Numbered from the stretch's first letter, positions 32,452-45,765 are shown. The stretch is DNA of 64,000 nucleotides from an uncultured Planctomycetaceae bacterium (GCA_963815195.1 CAWFGE010000012.1:1024001-1088000), one strand, 5' to 3'. Program-made: numbers and translations. Notes: generated from the letters alone by a model not told the origin.

Positions 32452-34087
32452 ATGCGAACAGGTTTGCGAATCCACCTCAAAACGTTTTTGTTGCTCGCTT
32501 CACCGTTGGTGCTCGCCGTGGCCGCTGCCTATATTGAATGGGCGGCAGCCGGACTGCCGGCGTTGCGTTCAATCTCCCCGGCGATTGCCGAAACGGCGCG
32601 GGAGCCCGTTGGCTTTCCGGTCTGGCTGCGCCACTCATTATGTCAATTTCTTGTTCCTGATTCTGCTGATTCGAAGCGGCCTGCAGATCCTGGCGGATCA
32701 TCCTCGGCTGTACTGGAACGTGCATTGCATTCCCGGCACGGAGTGGCTAAGGCTTACGCCGATCGAGGTGCCGAAGGACCGAGTCTGGACGGCCAAAGAA
32801 GACTCGCGTTACCTTTCCCCCTGGATCGGATTGCCAGGTTACCGGCACACCATCGGCATGGCGCGGCACTGGCATTTTCTCAGCGTCCTGTTCTGGGTGG
32901 GCAACGGCCTGGTCTTCGTGGTTTTGCTGTTCGCCACCGAGCAGTGGAAACGCCTGGTGCCGGATTCCTGGCAGATCGTCCCCGACGCCTGGGCCGTCTT
33001 CGTCCACTACGCCACATTCCACATCCCGCCGGACCCGAACGGGTTTTACCACTACAACGCGCTTCAGCAATTGGCGTACTTCGGCGTGGTCTTCGTTCTG
33101 GCTCCGCTGGCGATCTTCAGCGGCCCCTCGATGTCGCCGGCGCTGACGAACCGGTTCAAATGGTATCCCAGGCTGCCCGGCAATCGGCAAATCGGGCGAT
33201 CGCTGCACTTCATTGTTATGTGTGCGTTCCTTCTGTTCACTGTCATTCATGTGGCGTTGGTGGCGCTGACCGGATTTGTCCGAAACATGAATCACATCGT
33301 GGTAGGCACGGACGACATCGGCCTGACAGGCATTTCTCTGGGCCTCGCGGGACTGGGTGTGATCGTGGGAGTGAACGTCATGGCGAACTGGTTGGCATGG
33401 CGACGGCCGCGGTTGGTGCAGCACATCGCCAAGGCGATTGTCACGCCCGTGATGAGTTACTTTTTGGATCGCCCGGCACCGGTGGCCGAGTTCCGTCGCG
33501 AAGATATTTCGCCATTCTTCTGGGTCAATGGAAAGATGCCGACTTGCGAGGAATGGGAGCGGTTGGCAGCCGGAGAGTTCAAGGACTACCGTTTGAAGGT
33601 GTTTGGCATGGTGGAAAACCCGGTCGAGTTGTCACTGGAGGATATGCGAGCCTTGGGAATGAAGTCACAAATCACCTTGAATCATTGTATCCAGGGCTGG
33701 TCGGGCATCGCCGAATGGGGCGGCTTGCCGCTGGAAGAGCTAATCAAATTGGTGCAGCCGCAGTCGAGTGCAGGGCGAGTTGTCTTCCGCTCATTCGGCG
33801 ACGGCGTGGAGTTTACCACCGGTGAATCGCACGGCCACTACTACGACAGCTTATCGATGGCGAATGCCTTACACCCACACAGCTTGTTGGCCTATGAGAT
33901 GAACGGCGAACCACTGCCCCATTTGCATGGCGCTCCGCTGCGGCTACGCATCGAGAACCAGCTTGCCTTCAAGATGGTCAAGTGGATCAATTCGATTGAA
34001 TTTGTCGAAAATCTCCAGAGAGTCGGCGAGGGAGAAGGCGGTTATGCCGAGGACCACGAATACTTCGGCGAACTGGCGGATATTTGA
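32452..34087 (+). CDS. Cytochrome-b membrane domain fused to sulfite-oxidase/MsrP-family molybdopterin domain (frameshift near 32630)
   Basis: HYVNF..RSGLQI..HPRLYW, ARHWHF, YNALQQLAY, HCIQGWS, AYEMNGEPLPHLHGAPLRL, KMVKWI. Confidence 0.85.
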
Positions 34088-34303
34088 GACGGCGCCAAAC
34101 CCCGCAGGGGAATAGGGCCTGTTGTGCAGGCCTCAAATACAAATCTAGTAAACTAATTCTACTGTTCAAAGCTCCAAAATGTTGTGGTCGTCGAGACTTC
34201 GTAACTACAACAGATGGTATCATAGACCTCAAAATCACCCCCAGTTTGAACAGTAAAACGAAACATCAACACTAAAATAGGCCAATCTTCGGGACCGATT
34301 ATT

Positions 34304-35785
34304 ATGAATAGCAAACGCAACAATCATTCAACGCACAACTTCTGCCGCCGCACTCGCCGCGAGTTTCTCTGGGAAGCCGGCGGTGGGTTTACGGGGGTGG
34401 CTCTCGCGGGGCTTTTGGGGCGGGAGGGGTTCTTTAATGCCCAGACTGCGAACGCGGATGGCGTTACGAAATATGAGAATCCGCTGGCGCCTAAGCAGCC
34501 GCATTTTCAGCCGCGGGCGAAGAGTGTCATCTTTTTGTTTATGTACGGCGGGCCTTCGCATGTGGATACGTTCGACTATAAGCCCGAGATGGTCGGCATG
34601 GACGGGAAGACCGTGGAGGTCAAAACCTTCGGCCGCGGCGGGCATCGGAACCAGGGGCGGATTGTGGAACCCAAGTGGAAGTTCCAGCAATACGGCGAAA
34701 GCGGGAAATGGGTCAGCGATTTGTTCCCGCATCTGGCGAAGCGGGTCGATGACATCGCGTTTCTGCATTCCATGACCGCCGACTCTCCGATCCACGGATC
34801 GGCGATGCTGATGATGAACTCCGGCAAAATCCTCTCGGGGAGCCCCGCTTTGGGGTCGTGGATCAACTACGGCCTGGGGTCCGAGAACGAAAACCTGCCG
34901 GGCTTTGTGGTGATGCTCGATCCCACCGGCGGCCCCATCAGCGGCGCGAAAAACTGGTCCTCGGGCTATATGCCCGCGACCTACCAGGGGACCGTGGTCC
35001 GCTCGCAAGGTCCGCCGATTTTGAACCTCAATCGGCCAGAGGGTATGACCCGCGAAATGCAGCGGGATCTGTTGGATTCCTTAAACGAAGCCAACGCCTC
35101 GCATTTGGCGAAGCGAAGTGACAACAGCGACCTCGCCGCGCGGATTTCCAGTTACGAGCTGGCTTTCAAGATGCAACAGCACGCCCCGGAAGCGGTGGAT
35201 CTTTCGCAGGAAACAGATGTGACGCAAAAGCTCTACGGCCTCGATAACCCCAACACGCAGGACTTCGGCAAGCGGTGCCTGATGGCCCGCCGGCTTGTGG
35301 AGCGCGGCGTGCGGTTTGTGCAGCTGTATTCCGGCGGCAACCACAACGATGCCAACTGGGACGCCCACGGCGATTTGGAGAAGAACCACAACTACCACGC
35401 CGGCCGCACCGACCAGCCGATCGCGGCGCTCATTCAAGATCTCAAAGAGCGGGGGTTGTTGGATTCCACATTGATCGTGTGGGGCGGCGAGTTCGGCCGG
35501 CAACCGACCGCGGAATATGCTCAAGGGACAGGGCGGGATCACAACTCCTACGGCTTCACGATGTGGATGGCCGGCGGCGGCATTAAAGGCGGCTCTTCCT
35601 TCGGCCGCACCGATGAACTCGGCTCGCGGGCCGTGGAAAACCCGCTGCACGTCAAGCGCCTGCACGCGACGATCCTCCACCAAATGGGCCTCGATCCCAA
35701 CCATCTGTCCTACTTCTACGGCGGCTTGAATCAGAAGCTCGTCGGCGTCGAAGAAGTGGAACCCATTCGCGAGATCATGGCGTGA
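34304..35785 (+). CDS. DUF1501 family protein (Tat signal)
   Basis: TRREFL, AKSVIFLFMYGGPSHVDTFD, ARRLVERGVRFVQ, WDAH, GEFGR, GRDH. Confidence 0.93.
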   Translation: MNSKRNNHSTHNFCRRTRREFLWEAGGGFTGVALAGLLGREGFFNAQTANADGVTKYENPLAPKQPHFQPRAKSVIFLFMYGGPSHVDTFDYKPEMVGMDGKTVEVKTFGRGGHRNQGRIVEPKWKFQQYGESGKWVSDLFPHLAKRVDDIAFLHSMTADSPIHGSAMLMMNSGKILSGSPALGSWINYGLGSENENLPGFVVMLDPTGGPISGAKNWSSGYMPATYQGTVVRSQGPPILNLNRPEGMTREMQRDLLDSLNEANASHLAKRSDNSDLAARISSYELAFKMQQHAPEAVDLSQETDVTQKLYGLDNPNTQDFGKRCLMARRLVERGVRFVQLYSGGNHNDANWDAHGDLEKNHNYHAGRTDQPIAALIQDLKERGLLDSTLIVWGGEFGRQPTAEYAQGTGRDHNSYGFTMWMAGGGIKGGSSFGRTDELGSRAVENPLHVKRLHATILHQMGLDPNHLSYFYGGLNQKLVGVEEVEPIREIMA

Positions 35786-35852
35786 GCGGCGACGGTGATG
35801 AGGATGGAGGATGGAAAAACCTCGGGCCTTGCCTTCTATGAAACACGCATGT

Positions 35853-38072
<2,220 letters not shown>

Positions 38073-38093
38073 CGTTTGTCGATTCGTGATTGA

Positions 38094-38179
38094 AAATCAG
38101 CCGCAGGGCGGCTAGCCCCGATTTCTGTGAACTCTCCAAACCTTGTTGAAACCGGACGCTAACGCGTGCCGGCTGATTT
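38094..38179. repeat. REP-like imperfect inverted repeat, family D
   Basis: AAATCAGCCGCAGGGCGGCTAGCCCCG ... CCGGACGCTAACGCGTGCCGGCTGATTT. Confidence 0.6.
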
Positions 38180-38183
38180 GCCC

Positions 38184-39902
38184 TCAAGGATTCAATCGCC
38201 CCGGCATGCGCGGCGCGGCACAGGTCGAGAAGAACTGGTAACGCTCCAGAAGTTCCCCGACAAATGCGGCCGAAAGCATCATCAACACCATCACGACAAT
38301 CGCCGGGCCGATGGTTTCCTCGGTCCCCAGCCGGTTCCATAACAACATCGGGATGATCGCCGTTCCGAGAATCCCCAATCCAAATCGAAAATAAGTCGAC
38401 CGCCCGAGCGGGCCAATCATCAGCCGGGCGGAGCGTTTCAAGGGCGACTGCCGGCGGGATAGAAGATGCCGAAACAGCGAGCCTTCCAGAACGAGCTTCG
38501 CGGCACCGGTTGTCATCAGGGCTTGGAGCAACACCCGGATTGCCGCGGCTGACCACAGGGGTGATTCCGCTGTGTCGTGAAAAGCGGAATACACGACGAT
38601 GGAGGACAGTGCCGCCGCGAGCCCTAATACGGTTGCGGTCAATGCGAACTTGGAAACCGTCCGCCCGAAGCTCCAGAACTCGCGGCCGGTGAAAACATAG
38701 ATCATCACGGAACAGAACAGGCCGACCGCGCCGGTCACGGCCACGATGCCTCCCCATATCGGAAGCCACGACGACTTGGGTAGGGTCCAACACACGCCGG
38801 CATAGAGACACGCAGCCCCGGCGAAGGCTCCGAACGCCAGAATCTCCCGGCTGAGCCAGGAGTGCTTGAGTCCGATCACCGCCCGAAACGCATACAACGG
38901 CCGACCCAAGTGCATCGTACTCGCCCCCAAGGCCAAAAGCCCGACCGCCAGCGCATTGGTGGCGTGCAGTTGACGAAACGCAGGGAGAGTTTCTTCGTTG
39001 AGAAACGCTTCGAGAAGCATTCCCACAATAAAGGCCCCGACGGAAAGCTGCGTGAGCACCAGCATCACGATCAACGGCCAATGCGGATGCTGCGGGTTGA
39101 CGGAATAATAATCCGCCGGCAGCGTGTTTCGCGGGAAGACTCTCGCGGTCTTGTAATGCGTCGTGGGGAGCGTTCGCTGCGGATCGGGAGCGGCCGGCAG
39201 GAACGGATCGATCTCTGCATCCTCGATGACTTGCCGCGTCTCGACGAGCCGGATTGCGATGGCTTCGTGCGGGCAAGCCGCAGCGCACGCGGGGGCTTCG
39301 CCGTCCGCCAGGCGGTCGCTGCACATGTCGCACTTCCGCACGATGCCTTTGCCCGCGTGATATTTGGGAACATCATAAGGGCAAGCCAGCGTGCAATACT
39401 GGCAGCCGAAACATTGGTCGTCCAAATGCTTCACGATCCCGGTGACGGGATTTTTTTCGTAGGCATCGACCGGGCAGGCGATCATGCAGGCCGGCTCCAA
39501 GCAATGATGGCACGCCGTCGTCACGTGCTGCATCACCGGATGGGCCGCGGAACCGCCGATCAAGAGGCCCACGTCCCGCCAGGTTTCGCCTTCGTCCAGA
39601 CCGTTCAGGGAATGGCAAGCCGTCACGCAGGCTTTGCAGCCGGAGCAGCGATCCAGGTCCACCTCAAACGCATATTGCTGCCCCGGTTCCGGTGAAGAGG
39701 CAGGCAGCAATTTGGAATAATACCCGGCCTGATCGGGCAAATGGGAATCGTGAACCCGGCTGAATTCCTCGACCGCCGAAAGCGATTGCTGATCGGCCAG
39801 AAGTTGCAATAACAATCCCGGTTCCTCGCGGCGGACATCCGGCAAATCGATGATGGGCAGCAGATGCCTATCGTTCGGAGTGATCTGGCAGAGCAGGTTC
39901 AT
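38184..39902 (-). CDS. DmsB-like 4Fe-4S domain fused to DmsC/NrfD-type membrane anchor
   Basis: CSGCKACVTAC, CHHCLEPAC..CP, CFGCQYC..CP, KCDMC..PAC..CP; then HWPLI, HLGRP..A, SWLSREI, GELLERY. Confidence 0.9.
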   Translation of the reverse strand: MNLLCQITPNDRHLLPIIDLPDVRREEPGLLLQLLADQQSLSAVEEFSRVHDSHLPDQAGYYSKLLPASSPEPGQQYAFEVDLDRCSGCKACVTACHSLNGLDEGETWRDVGLLIGGSAAHPVMQHVTTACHHCLEPACMIACPVDAYEKNPVTGIVKHLDDQCFGCQYCTLACPYDVPKYHAGKGIVRKCDMCSDRLADGEAPACAAACPHEAIAIRLVETRQVIEDAEIDPFLPAAPDPQRTLPTTHYKTARVFPRNTLPADYYSVNPQHPHWPLIVMLVLTQLSVGAFIVGMLLEAFLNEETLPAFRQLHATNALAVGLLALGASTMHLGRPLYAFRAVIGLKHSWLSREILAFGAFAGAACLYAGVCWTLPKSSWLPIWGGIVAVTGAVGLFCSVMIYVFTGREFWSFGRTVSKFALTATVLGLAAALSSIVVYSAFHDTAESPLWSAAAIRVLLQALMTTGAAKLVLEGSLFRHLLSRRQSPLKRSARLMIGPLGRSTYFRFGLGILGTAIIPMLLWNRLGTEETIGPAIVVMVLMMLSAAFVGELLERYQFFSTCAAPRMPGRLNP

Positions 39903-39910
39903 TGGCTTCC

Positions 39911-41665
39911 TCAAACGGTCTCTGCCGCATGGCGTCGGGCGGGGGCTTTGGCTTTCGGCGTCTCTTCGGCGGTGGTATCGGAAGCTTCATCAAGCCTCGC
40001 GAAATTGCGGCGCAGGCCCGCGCAGGAGGGGCAGAACACCGGCGGGTCTTCGCCTTCGTGCCGGTGCTCGCAGGCTTCGCAGATCCACAACGGGACTTTG
40101 TAATCCTCGTCGTCGACTTTCTCGGCCTCGGCGGCTTTGAGCTTTTCCCGCCAGTACGCGCTAAACGTCTGCCCGGAGCGATGCTTGAGATAGTAGTCCT
40201 TCACCACGTCTTCGATGAGTTGCGGCAATTGATCGACATCGACGCCGATCTTGTAAGGCAGCGCCATGTGGACCTGACCCGCAAGGCCGCCGCCCAAGAA
40301 CACGTCAAATCCTTCCCGCGTGCCCAGCAGCCTGCGGACGCGGACGCCTTTGAGGCCGATGTCCGCCGTGAAGTGCTGGGCGCAACTCGACGGGCAGCCG
40401 CTCATGTGGATGCGAATTCCGTGCAGCTTGAGCATTCGCTTTCTCAGCTTTTCGATCAACTGAAACATGTGGCCTTTGGTTTCGGTGACGGCGATGTTAC
40501 AGAACTGGCTGCCGGTGCAGGCCATCGTGTTTTGCTCGAACTCGTCGGCATGCACGCTCAAGCCCAGGCTCGCGGCTTCGGTCGCGGCGGCATCTTTGAA
40601 GCCGGCGGGAATATCGATCACCGCGATTCCCTGCTCGTGCGTCGTGCGCAGCTGTCCGCTGCCCCAGCGTTTGCTCAACAGGGCCAGCCCTTCGAGTTGC
40701 CGCCAGGTCATCCGCCCCAGCGGAACCGACAGGCCCATCGTCCACAGTTTGGGATCGCGCTGGCGAAACCAGCCGACCAGTTCATCCCGGCTCGAAGCGG
40801 GGATCGGCTCGGCGACGCAGGGCATGAGGCGGAAGGGAAGATCCTCTTCCAGCCATTCCAACACGCCGCCGATGCCGATGTCTTCCACGAGAAACCGGAG
40901 CCGGGCCCGGTTGCGTTTCTCCCGCGAGCCCTTCGCCCGAAACAGATCGAGAATCGAGCGGGTGACTTCCACGACTTGATCGGGCCGGACCAGCACCGGC
41001 AGATGCCAGGCCAAATGCGGCGTCTGCCCTTGCGTTCCGGCCAAGAGCACTTGAAACAGAACTTCGCCAAGGGCTTCGCGTCGCCAGAAAGCTGATGTCT
41101 TGCGTCCAAAAGTGCACGGAATGATTTTCGGTGCCGTTTAAGCAGAGATTCATCTTGCGGGGCAGGTCGGAATAGTCCCGGCTGCCCACGAAGAGTTCCG
41201 TCACCTGATGGCATAGCTTGCGGGTATCGATCAGTTCATCCGGCAAGAGGCCGCTGAAGGGGTGGGCGAACACGTTGCGAATGTTGTCGTGCCCGGTCTG
41301 CTTGGAATTGAGGCCGACGTTCGCCAGGCGTTTCTCCACTTTGGGCAGATGCTCGATGTCCAACCCCTGCACTTGGACATTGGCCCGCGTGGTCACGTCG
41401 ACGATGCCGTGCCCATATTCGTAAGCGATGAAGGCGATTTCGCGGGCCTGGTCGGCGGACAATTCGCCGGCCGTCAACCGGATGCGGTTCATATATCGTC
41501 CGGCGCATCCCGCTTGCGATAAAAGAATCCATGCCATTTCATGCGCTCCAGATCGGGGGTGTCGATGTCCTGCATCGGCGTTTTTTCCGAAGCGTAGCGT
41601 TCCACATCCGGCCAAACGTCGAAGGGATGTTTTTCCGCCTTCCAAGTTTCCACAGGATTCGCCAT
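39911..41665 (-). CDS. nirA: NirA-type siroheme nitrite/sulfite reductase with C-terminal rubredoxin-like domain (frameshifts near 41490 and 41070)
   Basis: KWHGFF, DVTTRANVQ, DNIRNV, LPRK, ACTGSQFC, SGCPSSC, WICEAC..PPVFCPSC. Confidence 0.8.
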
Positions 41666-41712
41666 GAGCCTGTCCATCCGATTGATTGAAAATGAAATAC
41701 AAAGTCCGGCGC

Positions 41713-41908
41713 GGTGGCATCCCCTGAGCGGTAGGCGATAGCCTCCGGCGGGTGGCATCCCCTGAGCGGTAGGGCTAGCCTCCGGCGGGTCGCATCCCCT
41801 GAGCGGTAGGCGCTAGCCTCCGGCGGGTCGCACGCCCTGGGGAACGAAGGGCGTAGTCTTTGTTATCGCCACCGGAATAAAAGCCGGCGGCTAGCGCCTT
41901 GCCGCTCA
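41713..41908. repeat. Three tandem 37-38 bp REP-derived units plus closing inverted arm
   Basis: GGTGGCATCCCCTGAGCGGTAGGCGATAGCCTCCGGCG x3 (41713-41825); reverse arm CCGGCGGCTAGCGCCTTGCCGCTCA at 41884-41908. Confidence 0.85.
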
Positions 41909-43282
41909 CGCCGATGCCCCGGCGACGCCGAGTTCTTGCCGGCGTTTTGCATTCGCGGCTTCGGTTGCGGCTTTGGCTTCGGTCTCGGCGGCTTCGTTAA
42001 AATTCACCGCGAACGTCAAAAACGAGCAGCCCGTCACCAGACCGCCCAGGATCAACAGAGCCGTCGGCCAGGCGATCGCGCTCGACTTAAACAGAAACCC
42101 CGCCGCCACCGCCCCGGCATTGCCGCCCGCTCCGACGATCCCCGCCACCGAACCCAATGCCTTCTTATTGATGAACGGCACCACCGAGAACGTCGCGCCT
42201 TCGCTCATCTGCACGAACAGGCTAAACAGAATCAGCGTCGGAATGGCGAGCGCCAACACGTCCATTTGCGAGAACAGCATCAAGGCCAGACCCTCGCAGA
42301 ACAGCACCATAAACAGCCACCGCACCCGGCCGGAGAGGCCCCAGCGCTCTCCGAACCTGTCGCCGAACACGCCGCCCAACGTGCGGGCGAAGATGTTCAT
42401 CAGGCCGAACAGGCTCGCGATCAGCCCGGCGAGACTCATGGCTTTGACGCTGTCCATCTGCCGAAATTCCTCGAAATAATCGACGAAATAAAGCGCGGCG
42501 ACGTTGTTGATCGTCAGCTCAATCCCAAAGCAGCCGCCATAGATCACAAACAGCGCCCACACCCGGCGGTCTTTGCAGGCTTCGAAAAACGTGCCGTTCG
42601 TGGCGTTCTTTGCCGGCATCAATCCTTGTTCGCGAAGTGCGCGGAAGTTGCCGCCTGGGGCATCCTGCGTCAAAACGTAATACGCAATCCCGGTGAGTGC
42701 ACACAAAAGGCCGGCGACGAACATCGAGGCCCGCCAGCTCGCGGCACTCGAAAGGCCGACGGTCCCGAGGAAAAACGCGAAGACCAAAGGCATCACCAGT
42801 TGCGTCACCCCGCCGCCCAGGTTCCCCCAACCCGCGGTGGTCGCATTGGCGGTGCCCACGCAGTTGGGGGCGAACATGATGGAGGTGTGGTATTGCGTGA
42901 TGACGAACGAAGCGCCGATCACGCCGATCCCGATGCGGAACAAGAGAAACGAGGTGTAACTTTCCGCGAAGCCGATCGCCATCACGGGAATGGAGCCAAC
43001 CAAAAGCAAACCCGTATAGGCGAGTCGCGGTCCGATCTTGTCGCACAGCCAGCCGATCAGCAATCGGGCGACGACGGTGATCGACACCGAGCCGATGATG
43101 CACCAGCCGATTTGCTCTTTGGTCAGATGCAGCTCTTCGCGAACGATTCTCATCAACGGAGCGATGCCGAACCAGGCGAAGAAGCATAGAAAGAACGCGA
43201 ACCACGACATGTGGAACGCCCGCATCTGGACGGAGGAAAAATCGAACAGCCGGATTCGCGTGGCTTTGCTTTGAAATTCCAT
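41906..43282 (-). CDS. narK: NarK/NRT2 family nitrate/nitrite MFS transporter
   Basis: FHMSWFAFFLCFFAWFGIAPL, DKIGPR, ANATTAGWGNLGGG, YGGCFGIEL, GIVGAGGNAG. Confidence 0.9.
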   Translation of the reverse strand: MEFQSKATRIRLFDFSSVQMRAFHMSWFAFFLCFFAWFGIAPLMRIVREELHLTKEQIGWCIIGSVSITVVARLLIGWLCDKIGPRLAYTGLLLVGSIPVMAIGFAESYTSFLLFRIGIGVIGASFVITQYHTSIMFAPNCVGTANATTAGWGNLGGGVTQLVMPLVFAFFLGTVGLSSAASWRASMFVAGLLCALTGIAYYVLTQDAPGGNFRALREQGLMPAKNATNGTFFEACKDRRVWALFVIYGGCFGIELTINNVAALYFVDYFEEFRQMDSVKAMSLAGLIASLFGLMNIFARTLGGVFGDRFGERWGLSGRVRWLFMVLFCEGLALMLFSQMDVLALAIPTLILFSLFVQMSEGATFSVVPFINKKALGSVAGIVGAGGNAGAVAAGFLFKSSAIAWPTALLILGGLVTGCSFLTFAVNFNEAAETEAKAATEAANAKRRQELGVAGASA

Positions 43283-43617
43283 GAACGGAGTCCCTCGGTG
43301 AAAAATGCGGAATGAATTTTCCCATCCCGGCAGCGCGGCGAGATTGACCGGCAAGCAAAGCAGGCTTTGTACCCGTTCCAATCCATCTCTCGGAAAACTC
43401 GCCGGCGCTTCGGAGATCCGAAAGAATCGTCCTGGAATCGGCTCACCAGCGCGGGGCAGACGTGAAACCTCAGCCGACATGCCGCGCATCGTTGCACAGC
43501 CCCTAAGCACTCCCAAGTTAAGAATCCTGCAGGTGTTTGATTCTAAAACTCAAAAAAGCCTTGAAATCAAGGGGTTTGAGCAGAGGCCGAGGTTCGGCAT
43601 GAAATTTTCATCACGCA

Positions 43618-45129
43618 ATGGAACTTGCGGTGACATTACGTCCCGAAACAGGTGCCCGATTGATGACTTCGCCGACTTCCGACAACTCCCTCATCAAAAA
43701 CGATCCCCTGCGGCTGTTGCAGCGGCGGTTCGTCGGCGGCATGGTTGCAGTCGCGGCGTTGGCCTTGCTCAATCAACTCGTGCTGCAACCTTGGCTGATT
43801 CAGTTGACATCGGATGCGCCCACGATCAACGTCGCGGGCCGGCAGCGGATGTTGAGCCAAAAACTGTCAAAGGCCGCGCTGGAACTCACCGATCAAACCC
43901 GGCATCGGGCACGGGACGCCCGCGAGGAACTCCGCCAGGCCTTGGCGGATTGGGCGGTCGCTCACCGGGGTCTGCAATATGGCGACCCGGCTTTGGGACT
44001 TCCCGCAAATGAAAACTCGCAGATCCGAAACGCCTTTCAAGATCTGGAACCGCACTTTCAAAAGATGCACGACGCCGCCCGCCGGCTGATCGCGGCCGAC
44101 GTGGACGAACCGGCTCCGCAACAACTCGCCGAAATCATTCTGGAGGAAGAGGGAAAATACCTGCCGCGAATGCACCGCATCGTCGGCTTGTTTGAAGCCG
44201 AGTCGCGGAAGCGGGTGTCGCATCTGCGCATCGCGGGTTGGGTGATTGTGGGGCTGATCCTGGCGTTGTTGTTTTCCTTGGTCTGGTTTGCAATTCGGCC
44301 GGTGATGCGGTTGATCGAACAGCGCGTCGTGGAGCGGACCGAACAACTGCGGACGATGAACCGCCAACTCGAACGGGAAATCGCCGACCGCCGGCGGGCC
44401 GAGCACCGCACGCGGGAACTCCTGGATCAGTTGGCCCACGCCGCCCGGCTCAATTCGCTGGGGCAGATGGCGGCGGGTCTCGCGCACGAGTTGAACCAGC
44501 CGCTGGGGGCGATCGTCAACTACGCCGAAGCCGCCGGCTGTCATTTGGAGCAGGACTTTGAAAAGCACGAGGAAGCCCGAAAAATCCTCACGCGGATCTC
44601 CGCCGCGGGTTTGCGGGCCGGGGCGATTGTGCACCGCTTGCGAAACTTCATTCGCAAGGAGAAAAATGCCCGGCAAGCCGTTTTGTTGCCCGCCTTGATT
44701 GCGGAGGTCATCGAACTCTGCGAGCCCGAAGCCCGCAAACGCGGCGTGAAAATCGAGTTCGCATCGAAGGTCCGATCCGAAAACTTTCCCGCCCCGACGG
44801 TGGATGGGATTCAGATTCAGCAAGTGCTGGTCAACCTGATCCAGAATGCGATCGAGGCCCTGCGAGACAAACCCGCCGCCGAGCGGTTGGTGTGGATTGT
44901 GCTGGGATTCGAGGCGGACGATGAATTGCGAATCGACGTGATCGACCGCGGCTGCGGGTTCGACGAAGAACAAGCGGAGACGTTGTTCGCACCGTTTTTC
45001 ACGACCCGCACCGAAGGCCTGGGCATGGGCCTGGCGATTTGCCGGTCGATCATCCAGGAACACGGCGGCCGCTTCTGGGCGACATCCCAGCGCGCGGCGG
45101 GGCGGTCTTCTCCTTCACGCTTCCTTTAG
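43618..45129 (+). CDS. Histidine kinase with NarX/PilJ-like sensor and FixL/NtrB-type core (3' frameshift near 45090)
   Basis: P-box INVAGRQRMLSQK; LAHELNQPL, QQVLVNLIQNA, DRGCG, GLGMGL; true tail AVFSFTLP is in another frame. Confidence 0.88.
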   Translation: MELAVTLRPETGARLMTSPTSDNSLIKNDPLRLLQRRFVGGMVAVAALALLNQLVLQPWLIQLTSDAPTINVAGRQRMLSQKLSKAALELTDQTRHRARDAREELRQALADWAVAHRGLQYGDPALGLPANENSQIRNAFQDLEPHFQKMHDAARRLIAADVDEPAPQQLAEIILEEEGKYLPRMHRIVGLFEAESRKRVSHLRIAGWVIVGLILALLFSLVWFAIRPVMRLIEQRVVERTEQLRTMNRQLEREIADRRRAEHRTRELLDQLAHAARLNSLGQMAAGLAHELNQPLGAIVNYAEAAGCHLEQDFEKHEEARKILTRISAAGLRAGAIVHRLRNFIRKEKNARQAVLLPALIAEVIELCEPEARKRGVKIEFASKVRSENFPAPTVDGIQIQQVLVNLIQNAIEALRDKPAAERLVWIVLGFEADDELRIDVIDRGCGFDEEQAETLFAPFFTTRTEGLGMGLAICRSIIQEHGGRFWATSQRAAGRSSPSRFL

Positions 45130-45138
45130 CCGCCCGCC

Positions 45139-45765
45139 ATGAGCCAGCCGACTGTTTACATTGTGGATGATGACGACGACCTGCGGGAGTCGCTCGAATG
45201 CCTGCTCAAAGCGTCGGGCTACAAAGTCCGCGCGTGCTCATCCGCGGCGGCTTTTTTGAAGGCGTGGACGCCCGGCATGATCGGCTGTGTCATTGTGGAT
45301 CATCAAATGCCCGGCCTGACGGGACTGGACTTGCTCGAACGTCTGCGCGCCGCGGATGAGGACGCTCTGCCGGCGATCATTATGACCGCCTATGCCGACG
45401 TTCCCACCGCCGTCGCCGCGATGAAAACCGGGGCCATCGACTTTTTGGAGAAACCTTTTGATCGGAAAGATCTCTTCGCCAAAGTCGAGACGGCGCTCCA
45501 GCGAGACCTCGAACGACAGCGACACAAAGAGCAGCGGGAGCAACTTCTGCGAAAGTTCGAGCGGCTCTCGGCCCGCGAACGGGAGACGTTGGATCTTTTA
45601 AGAGAAGGATTGCCCAATAAAGCGATCGCTTCTCAACTACACATCACCGAACGCGCCGTGGAGATGCGGCGGGCGAAGATCATGGAAAAGCTGGAAGCCC
45701 GCTCGATCGCCAGGCTCTACGAAGACTTCGCCCGCTATCGTCTTTTGACGACCGGCCAGGATTGA
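45139..45765 (+). CDS. FixJ-like response regulator (REC + LuxR HTH)
   Basis: VYIVDDD, DHQMPG, DFLEKP, LSARERE..NKAIA..VEMRRAKIMEKL. Confidence 0.92.
   Translation: MSQPTVYIVDDDDDLRESLECLLKASGYKVRACSSAAAFLKAWTPGMIGCVIVDHQMPGLTGLDLLERLRAADEDALPAIIMTAYADVPTAVAAMKTGAIDFLEKPFDRKDLFAKVETALQRDLERQRHKEQREQLLRKFERLSARERETLDLLREGLPNKAIASQLHITERAVEMRRAKIMEKLEARSIARLYEDFARYRLLTTGQD

Noticed and set aside
41713..41825. CRISPR array
   Set aside because: 37-38 bp units are directly adjacent with no unique spacers; no cas genes; unit matches dispersed REP-like elements
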